42,856 bases of DNA from Hyphochytrium catenoides. Its lineage: Eukaryota; Protista; Hyphochytriomycota. This document shows positions 10,671 to 22,206 of this stretch, piece by piece; the first letter of the stretch is position 1, and each line of letters starts with the position of its first letter. Made by a program: the position numbers and the translations under genes. The notes beneath the pieces were generated by a model. It was not told the DNA's origin, did no database searches, and was given only the letters and a program-made list of their open reading frames with translations. Location of the stretch: the NCBI GenBank assembly GCA_900088475.1, contig FLMG01004224.1:1-42856 (forward strand). The letters run 5' to 3'.

Positions 10671-12082
10671 TCTCACTCGTTTAGACCTGGGCTTATGCAG
10701 AAAACAGGGTACATACTATAGAGCTTTTAGATTTGTGGTAATGCAAAATGAAGCGGGCACTAATATAATATATAGAGCTTTTAGAACTTGTTTGCCCTCC
10801 TTTCTGTCTAGCTTTAGAAGTTGGTGTTGGCTCTTGTTTTTTGTCGTTTACCAAGTGGTAGCAAGGTAGCAGGTCCACTAAAGGCTCCTCTGTCCCACCT
10901 AAATTATTTGGGCTTATTTCTAGTCGGTTGGTTGGGGAAACTCTTTGCCCTCTTTTCTATACAGATTTAGGTTTAATTTCTAGATGCAGTAGAAGCCGGT
11001 GGACCACCATTGTAACCTTTCCTCAACTTCACTATCATTACGACAGGGCCACCTGAACAAAGGGTAGGAAGACAAGATTTAGGCTGACCTCATCTCTCCA
11101 CATCTCGCACTGCTCCTTCTGCTCTCTCTAACCTCCTCTGTCTCTAAATATAAGCTTTTATAATCTAACCCCCACATATCTAGCTTCATCTCTGTCTCCT
11201 GTAGAGGCTGTTCTCGCACTCGTCCTAGCCGCTTCACATTTGTCCCGTCATTTTGCGGTACAAGCTCCTTCCATGCCTGTCTTTTGGCTGTTGAGGTTGA
11301 AGCTTTTTGCCTATCTCTCCATCCCGACAGCAGCCATCCTTCTTTGAGTTAGATCATGGCCGTCTTCAGGCGGGCACGGCACTCTGTCTCGATCTGTCTT
11401 CCCCTTTGTCTGTCTTTTATTGCCTGGTGGCTGGCTGGTGGTGCTTTCTTTCCCATCACTTCATCCGTCACACAGACAGGCGCCTGACATCCTTGAACTG
11501 CCAAAGCTCAGTCATCGCCTTTCTTACCCGTGTGTCTTGCCTCCTCAGAGTCCTTTGGCTCATCACGAAGAAGAGTAGGAGAGGACTAGTATCAGGCCTG
11601 AAGAGAGAGGAGGAAGAGCCAGAAAAGAGCAAAAGTTTGACAACACGCAGAGGAGGAGGACAAAGATCTTTCCTCGGCGCTTCTTGCTAGTGGTGCAATC
11701 GTAGGATGGTGGGGCCGTAGGTTTCCTGTTCTCTGCCATTCGTTGCGTCTCCTCTCTTTCTTTCTTTGCTCTTTCCTCTCTCTCGCCCAGTCTTTCCTCC
11801 TTCTCCTCTGCTATGATCTCCTGCCTCAATCTCCTCCCTAGGCTGCAACTCGCACGTTCTCTAGCATTCTTCTCATTCTCTTTTTCTTTGAAAAAGACAC
11901 GAAGATACTCTCGATTCCTCATTGTCATCCTGCTGTCATTCCACAACTTCCACCGCACGGCACATCAACAGCCTCGGAACTAGGAGCTGGACTCTTTTCC
12001 TGGCCTACAATACAGGCACTACCTAAAAGGACAAGAAGGGGCAACCCTCGCCTTCAAAGCTTTGTCTCTGTCGTTCAACACG

Positions 12083-14044
12083 ATGATCACGGCCATCAAG
12101 AGCGTTTTCTTAGGGCTTGCGCTCGCCGCGATCCCAACGTTTTCCTCTCTGTCCCCGCATTCATCATCTGCCAGAGGCTTCGTGGAGGCCACTGCACCAG
12201 GCAACAAGGACACCATTGCCGTGCTTTTTGCCTGGGACTACGATGCAATCGCAAGAGAGTGTAACAGCACGTTGGGGCCCCTGGGCTACGGCTTTGTCCA
12301 GGTTTCCCCTGTACAGGAGCATATCCAGGGATCGGAGTGGTGGTAAGTCCTATTCATGTACCTATCCTCTTCTCTCTCTTCTCTCCCTTCCACTCTCTCT
12401 CTCTCTGTGTCCCTCTCTCTACCGCTCTGTGCCTCACCCTCTTCGGAGTTCGCGGCTTCCAATGAGAGCAGTATATCGTAGCAAAGCCCCTTCTGATGTG
12501 ATTTCTGCCTTCTTTGCAGGACTATGTACCAGCCTGTGAGCTATAAGATCGCTAGTCGTTTCGGAGACCGGGACTCCTTTTCCAAGATGGTCCAGTCTTG
12601 CAAGCGGTCAGGCGTAGAAGTCATTGTGGACGGTGTCATCAACCACATGTCCACCGGCAGAGGCAACATCGGTACCGGCGGCTCTTCCTACTCGAAGTAC
12701 AACTACCCGGGCAACTACCAGGACTGGGACTTCCACAGCTGCCGTCAGAAGATCCAAGGCGACGACTATAAGAAGGACAAGTGGCGTGTCCAGGAGTGCG
12801 AGCTTGAGACCCTCGCAGATCTCAAGACGGAGACCGACTATGTCCGAGGCAAGTTGGCTGGTTTCATGAACGATCTGCTCGACCTGGGAGTGGCTGGCTT
12901 CCGTGTGGATGCCAGCAAGCATATGCCTTCTGGAGATCTGGTGGCAATCAAGGCAAAGCTCAAGAACCCTAACATTTACTGGATTCAAGAGACAATCTAT
13001 GGCAAGGATGAGGTTGTTCAGCCCCAGGAATACTTGGCAACCGGCGAAGTCCAGGAGTTTCGTTATGCCACGAGCATGAAGGCCGTCTTCCAGAAGAACG
13101 ATAACCAGAAGCTGGCGTACTTGAGAAACTTCGGCGAGGGCTGGGCCTTCCTCAGCAGTGAGCAGGTCAACGTTTTCGTCACCAACCACGATACTGAGAG
13201 AAATGGGTGGACTTTGAACTACAGAGACAATGGCAGATACACCATTGCGCATGTCTTCATGCTGGCCTGGCCATACGGAACACCGTCAGTCCATTCAGGG
13301 TATGAGTTTCCCGATAGTGACCACGCTCAAGGACCACCTTTCGAAGGAGCAGTGAGGAAGTGCTATGAGGACGGCTGGAAATGCCAGCACTACTGGCGTC
13401 AGATCGGCAACATGGTGAAATTGCGCAACGCTGCTCGGGGCCAGCCAGTCACGAACTGGTGGGACAATGGAAACCACGCCATCGCCTTTGGCAGAGGAAA
13501 TAAGGCCTTCGTCGTCATTAATAATGAGGATTTCCCTATCAACCGCCAGTTCAGCACCGGCTTGCCTGCTGGAACCTACTGCGACGTTCAGCACGGAGAT
13601 ATCACTCCTGATGGAAAGTGTACTGGCCCAACTATCACTGTCAACAGCAACGGACAATTCTCTGCTAATGTCGGACCTCAGGACGCCGTGGCTATCTACC
13701 TCGCTGTTGGAGGCGGCGGCGATCCTACAACGAAGCCAACAGTCGAAGAGGGAGCTTCTTTCACTGTGAAGGCTGAGACGCAGCTTGGTCAGAACATCTA
13801 TGTCGTTGGAAACATCCCCGAGCTGGGCAGCTGGAACCCTGCTAACGCTCTTCTCATGTGCTCTGCCACCTACCCAGACTGGACGCGGGAGGTAGCGCTC
13901 AAAGCTGGCACTCAGTTTGAGTATAAGTACATCAGGAAGGAGGCGGACGGAAAGACTGTCACATGGGAGTCTGGCTCCAACAGAGTGGCTGCTGTGCCCA
14001 CGGACGGAGGCCGCGTGAATCTCAAGGACACCTGGCGCGCATAA
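12083..14044 (+). CDS. Secreted alpha-amylase, GH13 (Streptomyces/actinobacterial type, GH13_32-like), with C-terminal CBM20 starch-binding domain; 2 exons, ~594 aa
   Basis: join(12083..12342,12520..14044). The intron 12343-12519 (gtaagt...ttgcag) restores [18 protein letters not shown]. Has a signal peptide, DGVINHM, catalytic [10 protein letters not shown] (Asp), WIQE (Glu) and FVTNHD (Asp), an Aamy_C beta domain, and CBM20 ([18 protein letters not shown]...FEYKYIRK...WESGSNR). Confidence 0.97.
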
Positions 14045-17000
14045 ATAGGGGAAAGTGGACTCGGTCTTCCTCCTGCGGTGCTAACTCCTCCTCAACTACT
14101 TCTACTTCTACTCTGAACAAGCAAGGGGATGCTACGAGGGAACTGCACCTTTAAAAAGGAGAAGAAGCATCCCTCTTCTCTACTTACTAGTCGATGGTTG
14201 ACGGGCCTCGAGAAAGGGGCTAATCGTAGCTACTGCACTGCGCCTTACTCATGGTCCCCATCGCTGGATTTTCTAAGAACTGTTATTTGTTAATGTCATG
14301 AACAACTTATATGGAAAAGTGTAGAGCTCAACCTTCGCCAGCCAAGCCGTGTCTCTTTGGCTATCTCTGATACTTTACCTTTATTTGTCATCTTCCTCCG
14401 TCCTCACTGAGTCTTTATAATAGCTGCTTCGAGTCTTGGTCTATCCATTAGACACCAGCAAGTCCTCTGTGCACCCATAAGAGGCCCGCTTCCTTGCTTG
14501 CTGCCGTTGCCGACGCTATGCCTGATAGAGATACTAGTTAATAGAGCCTAGCACTACCGAGGACAAGAAGGGGCGATAAATAAGATAGCGAGGGTGAAAC
14601 CGAGGAGGGGAGCCTACTCAAACGATGAGGAGAAAGCAGCAGTTGGAGGCTACTAGTGCAGAATTGACAGCTTGCATCCTATAGGAATAACATCCAAGCA
14701 CGCCTCCGGTTGTTTGCTTGCTAAGGCATTACCTCTCTCACCTCTAAGACGCTCAGGACTATGACTTATCAGGTACTATTCGTTAAAAAAGCACTTCGCC
14801 AGCCTGATCTCTAGTTCTACGACTTGTGGACCTTCCGCTGAAGAGCCACCGTCTTAGAGCAGTGCCTCTAACTGGTGCAGTCGCGGTAACGTCCAGATCG
14901 TTGTGGAACCTAGGTGGTACCGTCAAACGTTGTTTGTTCTCTATCAAACGGATAAGTGTTTGGGCACGCAACCGTTCAGCATTATCATGGTGGCGAAGCC
15001 TTGGTAGGTGCTATCATGGTGATCAAGCTCTCACCACCCCAATAAGCCTCCAACGGCGGAGAAGTCCGCGGCGGTGGTGAGAGCTTGACTGCAAAGGTCC
15101 TTAAGGCCAACAGTGGGTGGGTGAACGTCATAACACTCTCATCTCCGTTCTAGTGCCCTAGATGCTCCTTCACGCAGAAGAAGCCGATAATGAGGAAGGC
15201 TGGTGGATCCTGCATGCTGGTCATCAAGAAGTGTCAACAAGAAGGCGCTGACTAAGGTGATGGTGACTTTAGCGCCGCGACGATCTCATATTTAACTCTG
15301 CGACAAACCATCAACCGTGAGTTGATCATGGCACGGTCGAGTCTTCTTCTCGTCCAACGACAAGGGATCTATTATAAGAAGAGCTCAGGAAATCCGTAGA
15401 CAACCTCTAGCCTTAGCTGGTATGGATAAAACCCATCAATCGCTAGTAAAAGCACACATCATCTTACACCTCATCATCACCACTTTCCTATTGACTTCAA
15501 AGTGTGCAAGCCGCTATGTAATCGTTAATTCAGACTCTGTCATGATGATGCCGGTGGTCAACTCTCACCTTGGTATGGCGGCTCTCAATTTGTCAACAAC
15601 GACATTGTCCCCATTCTGCCTGAGGACAACAAGAAGCAAGCGTCAACTCGCTTGAATCGCCCTCTTCTTCTGGAGCTCTCGCCAAACGCCAAGAAGAACG
15701 GCCAGTTGATATTATGGGCCTATCAGTAGAAGAGCCTTCTTCTGATGATCAAAGAGATTGTTGACCGGCCGAGGGCCTGTGTCATCGTGGCGTCAGCCAA
15801 CTGCTATCACCTCTACTACCAACAGTTCATCCTAACGGAGATCAGGCTGCATCATCAGCCAATGGTTCCCCTATCACAAATCTGCGCCTGATGCAGGAGG
15901 CTCGCAGGCCAGGCCGAAGAAGAAGGACCACCGCTGCTCCCTGTTCCCTGTCAGTCTACTGGCCAAAACCCTTTCATTTTGCCCAATCATAGACGACACT
16001 TCCGAGCCCTGGCGGATACATTGACCTCATAAGAGGTCTGCAGCTCGAACCACAATGTAATCACGAGGATAAACCGCAAGGACTTCATCGGCCAACAGCC
16101 CCAGCAGCTGACCAACAGAGTCTAGCTTCCAACCACTGCCAGCAAGCCGTCGAAGGCAGAGCTAGTAGAATCCTCTCTCCGCAGGGAAGGACAGTCCTTC
16201 CTTGCTCCTAATAATATAACCACCTCACGACCCGCCTGTCCATCTGATGTTTTTATTGGCCCAAAATGCCTCCTTTTTGCCCAATCACAGCCTACACGCC
16301 CAACATTATCTTAGGACTAGTACATAATGACAGGCAAGAGAGTCCACAACCTCGGCGATTCTCTTGCTGAGCTCTGCTGATTGGTGATGAGTGATCGATT
16401 TGATGTCCGCCCTGGCCAGTGTTCGATGATGGGCTGGGCCTCCTTTAGCTATTATCTAGATGAAGATCAGAAGAGTGATTGCTTCTTTCTTGGTCTGTCT
16501 GTCTATGGAGAAGGCGAGGGAAGTGATTGTCCGTCGGCAGAACAAGCAGCAAGAGACAAGCAGCATTGATGTTCTTCTTTCTTCTTCTTCAGACGACAGC
16601 ACCGTCATCCTAACTTGTTCTTCATGACGACGGCTGCTGCTTGATAGATAAGTCCCCTGTTAAGGACTGCAGCTGGTCTAATGTAACGCTGAGGAGGAGG
16701 GCGGAGCCGTCCTCAATGATAATGGACCTCTAGCTCCTCAAGGATAGCACTAATTGATGGAGGAGGGACGAGACTTCGATCAGTAGCGCTGATGACATGC
16801 CACCCAGACCACCAGTGGTGAGTCAAGAATGTCCTCCTCTAGTGAATCGTGCCCGCAATCAAGGCCTCCGTTACCCTCCGCTCCTCCTCCGATGAATAGC
16901 AGTAGCTTAACCCTCATAAAGGAAATTCCAACCTTGCTGATAGATCAGTTTGATATAAAGAGAGGCGGTGAACCTTCTGCTAGACACTCCGCCGCCGCTA

Positions 17001-17103
17001 CTTCTTGTCTTTCAGTAGCATTCCACCTGTCCTGAGGACCTGACCAGGAAGAAAGAAGGTGATACTGCCTTCCCGAAGAGCGTGGCAGATCTTTGCAAGC
17101 AGA

Positions 17104-17775
17104 ATGAATGGACTAAGAAGCAAGCTTAAGCAATCCTCCTGGGTTCTATTCCTTTGGCTGGGTTTGATGCCCGTATTGCTGACACCCCAACACGCGATGG
17201 CCGCGGGTGGGAGAGTAGCCAACAGAGAGCGCTTTCAGGACAAGGACTTCACCTTCGATTTCTTCAACGCCCCAAGAGCTGACGATAACCCTGGGGGAGG
17301 GAATATCATTCAGGCATCTTCTATCCAATTACCTGCCCTTGAAGGCCTAGGAATATCCTATAACATGGTCACGGTAGAGCCTTGCGGCGTCTCTCTTCCT
17401 CACGTACACCCACGGTCCACAGAGTTCTCCGTCATGGTAAAAGGCTCCAGCTTGCGCTTCGGGTTCGCTGAGGAGAACCCTAGTCGCCGCACTGTTATTT
17501 TTACGTTGAGACCTGGACAGGCGGCGTTTGTTCCCCAAGGGCTCATACACTTTGCTCAAAATCTTGGATGTGAAGAGGCAGTATTCTTTGCAGCGCAAAG
17601 CAGTGATGATCCCGGCACCGTCACAATCGCCTCCCACCTCTTTGACTTTCCGGATGATACCATTGGCGTCAGTCTCACTCTTGCGGACCCGGAGGTTAGC
17701 AGACTCAGGGGAACCCTGCCGGACAACCCTGCCAAAGGAAGAGACGAATGTAGGGCCAAATGCGGTCTCAAGTAG
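17104..17775 (+). CDS. Secreted germin-like / spherulin-1-like cupin (Mn-binding monocupin), intronless
   Basis: Germin box 1 PCGVSLPHVHPRSTE and box 2 FVPQGLIHFAQN supply the His/His/Glu/His metal ligands. N-terminal hydrophobic signal from ATG 17104. C-terminal ECRAKCG resembles spherulin-1-type proteins. Confidence 0.92.
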   Translation: MNGLRSKLKQSSWVLFLWLGLMPVLLTPQHAMAAGGRVANRERFQDKDFTFDFFNAPRADDNPGGGNIIQASSIQLPALEGLGISYNMVTVEPCGVSLPHVHPRSTEFSVMVKGSSLRFGFAEENPSRRTVIFTLRPGQAAFVPQGLIHFAQNLGCEEAVFFAAQSSDDPGTVTIASHLFDFPDDTIGVSLTLADPEVSRLRGTLPDNPAKGRDECRAKCGLK

Positions 17776-18724
17776 ATGACAAAGTCCCAAGCAGTTGACA
17801 AATGAGATAGGTCACACCCATAGAAGAACACTAAAGGTGGACAGAGAATAGTAAAAGTAGCGGAAGAGAGGATTGATGCTCTCGACAGTAAGACTTAATG
17901 CCAAGCATTCTATCGTTCCTTTTTTTATAAACAACCTTAGAGTCCATCATCGATGAAGCAATGAGAAATCTCAGACAAATCAATCGCTACTGCAGTTATT
18001 CAGCTCTTCTCTCCACCGACCATCCTTTTCAAAGTCCCTGAGAACGATACATGCTGCCCACTAGACCTGCATGAAGGGTGATCGCATTTGATGTCTCTGC
18101 CACTTGTCCCTGGCACTATGAACATCGCTCCAAGCTGCTGAAGGCAGAAGAAGTAGTAGTCCTCCAAAGACCATCCCTACTGCTCGACAAACACCAGGCA
18201 CCCTCCTCTTACGCGGCTCTCGCTCTAGATTCTCCTTCTTTCTTTCGCTGCAAAGGCTCGATCGTGAAAGAACATGATCCTAAGAAGACTGCCAAGAGAA
18301 TGGACTGCTTTCTTTCCCTCTTGCGTCTTGTGCCATTCTATCCTCCATTACCTCTGCGATAATGCCCTCATCCCGACCCTCGAGACCCCAGAGATCTATG
18401 CCTTGCGATGGCGACCAGTACGACGATGTCTTTTCTTTATAGCCTTAGGAATAGGTATCTAAAGCGTACTGCCAGCTACATGGTTCGGTTGACTACACCA
18501 ACCAATGTGTAGGCCAAGAAGGGTGCTTCTTGCTTTAACCAGACAAACGTGACACCCTTCATCTTCTTGTTGGCCAACTCATTGACAAAAGCCATCATAG
18601 TCCGGTGGTGTTGATGATGCATGTGGACAAACTTGCTCCCGTTTATCAGTCTCTATGCTTTTTGTCGCGATGATGCGACTGGCGACCCTCATTGCAGCAG
18701 CACAACATCGTTGAGTACAGCTGT

Positions 18725-19882
18725 TCAGCAGTCCTGCTTTTTATGATGAACCAAGAAGTCAGCAATCTCAATGGTGAAAGCTGGTGGAACGTCAAGTATG
18801 TGTCCGCCTCCACCCACGCTATACAGCATGACATCAATGCCTTCCGGACACTCAAGGAAGGTCACTGGCGTCGTTGCATTGCCCTTTCCTGGCTCGAAGA
18901 TAATTGGAGACTTGTAGACTGGAGTATCAGCGTCGTGGCAACGGTTGAGAGTCGCCCAACTCTTGACAGTATCTACGGCACCAGCGTAAGTTCCTCGATA
19001 ACTTTCTCCTCCTGTATACGATACGACGTCATCAGCTGTACCATGCACATAGAGAACGCTCAGAGGGCTGGTCGCGTTACACAGGCCACGATCAGCGTAC
19101 GTTCCTCCGGCGAACCCCACGATAGCAGCAATGCGATCAGAGTAGGTACAGGCCATAGCATGCGCCATAAAGCTCCCATTGGAAAGACCGATGATGTACA
19201 CTCTCTTCCTGTCAATGTTGAGTCTCGCTGAAATCTCTTCGATAAGGCCCATCAAGTATCCCAGGTCATCAACATTGGTGCCATTGATGTCGCAGCACAA
19301 GTGTGGCGCGTTCCAGAAGAGCTTGCCAGTGCCTTCCTCTGCAGTTCCAGAAGGAGCAACATAGACAAATCCTTCCGACTCTGCTGCAGGACCAAAGAAG
19401 TTGAGCCCGTTCTCAGGCACATCGGAGTATCCATGGAGAATGAGGAGTAGAGGGGATGGGCTAGAAGCGTTGTAGTAAGCTGCCGGGATGTACACTTCCG
19501 CCGGACGCTCTCCTCCAACGATAATAGTGCCTTTAGAAGGTAGTTCTTCGTCGTCCATGCTCTTTCCCTCTAATATCGGTGGTAGAGTTTCCTCTGCCTG
19601 GCAGATCCCAACCCCTCCTGGTTGTTGGATGTTCGTGAGACCATAGTTGGAATCAGAGAAGGCCATGAGCGCAATGATGAAGAGCCGATATAGCACAAAA
19701 ACTCTACGACGTCTGCTGGCTGCACCAGCCGTGCTGACACCACCATCACTAACAATAAGGATAGATGTCGAACTCATGCTCCTAGCACAACGGCTTGTAC
19801 CACGACGTTGCCCTTTGAAATTTTTGAAGCAGATGATAGAAGTGAGGGGAAAAGCTATCTGAGGCCTTTTCGTAGACGGCAT
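18725..19882 (-). CDS. Alpha/beta-hydrolase of the LpqC / PHB-depolymerase / CE1-like esterase family, intronless
   Basis: PLLLILHGY oxyanion region, nucleophile elbow GLSNG, HGTADDVV (Asp), GGGH (His) and WNxxxxCC...VDDLGYL. A hydrophobic signal/anchor VFVLYRLFIIALMAF follows RRRR. The true start may be a downstream Met. Confidence 0.9.
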   Translation of the reverse strand: MPSTKRPQIAFPLTSIICFKNFKGQRRGTSRCARSMSSTSILIVSDGGVSTAGAASRRRRVFVLYRLFIIALMAFSDSNYGLTNIQQPGGVGICQAEETLPPILEGKSMDDEELPSKGTIIVGGERPAEVYIPAAYYNASSPSPLLLILHGYSDVPENGLNFFGPAAESEGFVYVAPSGTAEEGTGKLFWNAPHLCCDINGTNVDDLGYLMGLIEEISARLNIDRKRVYIIGLSNGSFMAHAMACTYSDRIAAIVGFAGGTYADRGLCNATSPLSVLYVHGTADDVVSYTGGESYRGTYAGAVDTVKSWATLNRCHDADTPVYKSPIIFEPGKGNATTPVTFLECPEGIDVMLYSVGGGGHILDVPPAFTIEIADFLVHHKKQDC

Positions 19883-22142
19883 CTATCGGTGTAGGTGTCG
19901 ATGGCTTCTTCAAGCTCCTCCGCTCTCCTCATGACGGTGACGAGGAGCAAAGAGAAGAAGAGCGAAGATTATTATTGCTTGTGTCGTAAGCGGCGAAGGT
20001 GACCGTCGATGGTCGATGGCAGGAGCTGCGTAGTAACGCAAGATAAGATCTCCTCCTACTGGCTCCTCTACTGCGCGCGCCGCAAAGAAGGAAGACAAGC
20101 ATTCTTCATCACAAGATGCGAGGAGGAAGGCGCCACCAGCCAGATTATCACAATGTCGTTCTTCTCTCTGATCTCCGCCTGCCCTCATTGATGATCCGCT
20201 GCAGGAGGCGGTGCAAACGCTGGCAAGAAGGGCAACAAATCAGCGAATCGTTGACTCACTAAACCTCCTGGACCTCCTCGTCCTCCCCTTCCTTCTTCAG
20301 ACATAATCACCAACAACCATGTGCAGGCCTTCTTGCCAGTCCTAGCAGGCGTAACAACAATACCTTCCGTAAGCCGTCATGGGCTGTGGCACCTAGTCGT
20401 AACGTCACCAAAGGCGGAGAACAGGAAGAAGAGGCCAGGCATGCAGGTCCGTCATCACAACTCGAGGGTGTTGTGGTATCTCTTTTCTTCTGTTTGGGTT
20501 TATCTCTTAGGTAAGAATCCATCTTCGTCGTTGCGAGCTCCACTGCTACAGCACCGAACAGCAGCTCGTCTTCCTCGTTTGTGGTGCCAGTAAAGCAATC
20601 CAACTTGCTTTACAAGTCGTTAATAGTAGGAATGAACTAGTAAGAGACGACTCGACGGTAAGAAGATCCTTGGAGTACCACGGTCAGCGTCGTGTTTCGT
20701 CCCTAGGCGTGGCAGCATGGAGGAGAAGAAAGAGGTGTCCATCATGATACTGTCATTATTAGTATTAGTATTATTGGGAAGAAGTGCAAGGATGGTGGTG
20801 GTCGCCCCACGTAACGTGGTGGCGAGTGAGGGCTTCGAGCCTCAGAAAGTCTGTAAGATCCTCGATGTTACTGTCTCTGACACGCTGTAATCTAACACCT
20901 TACTCCACCACCATGCAGCGGCTCAGACAGGTTATTACGTCGCGGAGCATGCGCATAGTGGGAGGAGGGGAGTCGCCCTAACTATAGTACGCTGAGATGA
21001 TGAGGAGTGCGCCGAGCACAGCTACGGTTTTCGTCCCTTGGCGTGGGAGTCCTCTGGTGGTGCCACGGAGACGGTGGAAGAATGGCTTAGGACCATCACT
21101 GACACGAGGTGCGGGAGTAGTAGTAGTGTGGCTTGATGAGATGGCAGTGTTGGTTGGAAGCTCTTCTTTGTTATGGTGCAAATAGCAGAATGAGATTAAT
21201 GATGTTATGAGCTCGAGCAGAGCTCAATGAACTAATGATCCCTAAGTCCTATAAAGCCTAAGTATGCAAAGCTGTAAGAATGACATGCAAGAGAGAAAGC
21301 AGAGAGGAATGCTCTTAGCAACAGGAGAGAGTGGAGAGTGTTTGGAAATGATTGAATGGTCAGCAAGGGATCCATCGTCTCAGTGAAGAGAATCGGCAAT
21401 AGATTGGTGGCTAGAAGGAAGGGAAGAAGTAAAGTCGGAAAGAGAAATTTGTTCAAGAAGCAAGAACACATTTCTAAAGAAATCATAAGAAAGAAAGTAG
21501 GACAAGGAATAAAGAAGAAGAATATTCCTTGCTATAGAGACCCCTGAAGAAAAGGGTTCTCAACATGGCTCTCCCTCTCTCTACGACGCTTACTACTGCC
21601 ACGCACCACCACCTACAGACGGATCTTCTTCTCGGTCCTCCTCCAACGATGGAATGGTGAGATGGTTTTCCATCGACTGCCTCCTCAGCCAGTGCGGATC
21701 GAGAATGCGGTCCTGGGTCGTCAGCTTCCTGGAGCTGTTGCTGGAGGGCTTCTTCTCTCTTTTAGTCGTATTTGGGCGCCCACCACTTATACTTCTCAAC
21801 CGATACCTACTAGTAGTAGGAAATCAAATACAAGGAAGAAAGGGTCAATAGGTGGACAGCGCTGCCAGTGATAAGACAGGCGAGAAGAAGGTAAGATAAG
21901 GTCTACTACTACCCGCCGCTTGTAGGAAGGAGGAAGGCATTGTTATTGCTGGCCAACATCCTGCTTCTTCTTGCTTGGTGGGGAAAAGATCAGTAGAAGA
22001 TCAGTAGACAAGTTCATTACCGTCATTCGCCACCATCGGTTCGACCACTCATGCGCATCATCATTCGTCTTTCTTTCACCCACAGCAAGCTTCTTCCGGC
22101 ACAAACAATGAGGAAGAAGAAGAACAAGAACGGCGGCGGACC

Positions 22143-22206
22143 NNNNNNNNNNNNNNNNNNNNNNNNNNNNNNNNNNNNNNNNNNNNNNNNNNNNNNNNNN
22201 NNNNNN
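22143..22206. other. Assembly gap (N run)
   Basis: 64 Ns. Confidence 1.

Noticed and set aside
10541-10790. CRISPR-like array from ~52-54 bp periodic repeats
   Set aside because: Only two copies per unit, no unique spacers of regular length, no cas genes, and a eukaryotic context.
12608-13657. Long antisense ORFs over the amylase
   Set aside because: Shadow ORFs expected from codon bias of the sense gene; no motifs.
14123-14177. Stem-loop after the amylase stop resembling a bacterial terminator
   Set aside because: Only an 8-bp stem with a long loop and no U-tract; likely chance.
4977-19882. Bacterial contaminant contig or intact operon
   Set aside because: The amylase has a spliceosomal intron, genes are kilobases apart in mixed orientation, and the spacers carry host-type microsatellites.
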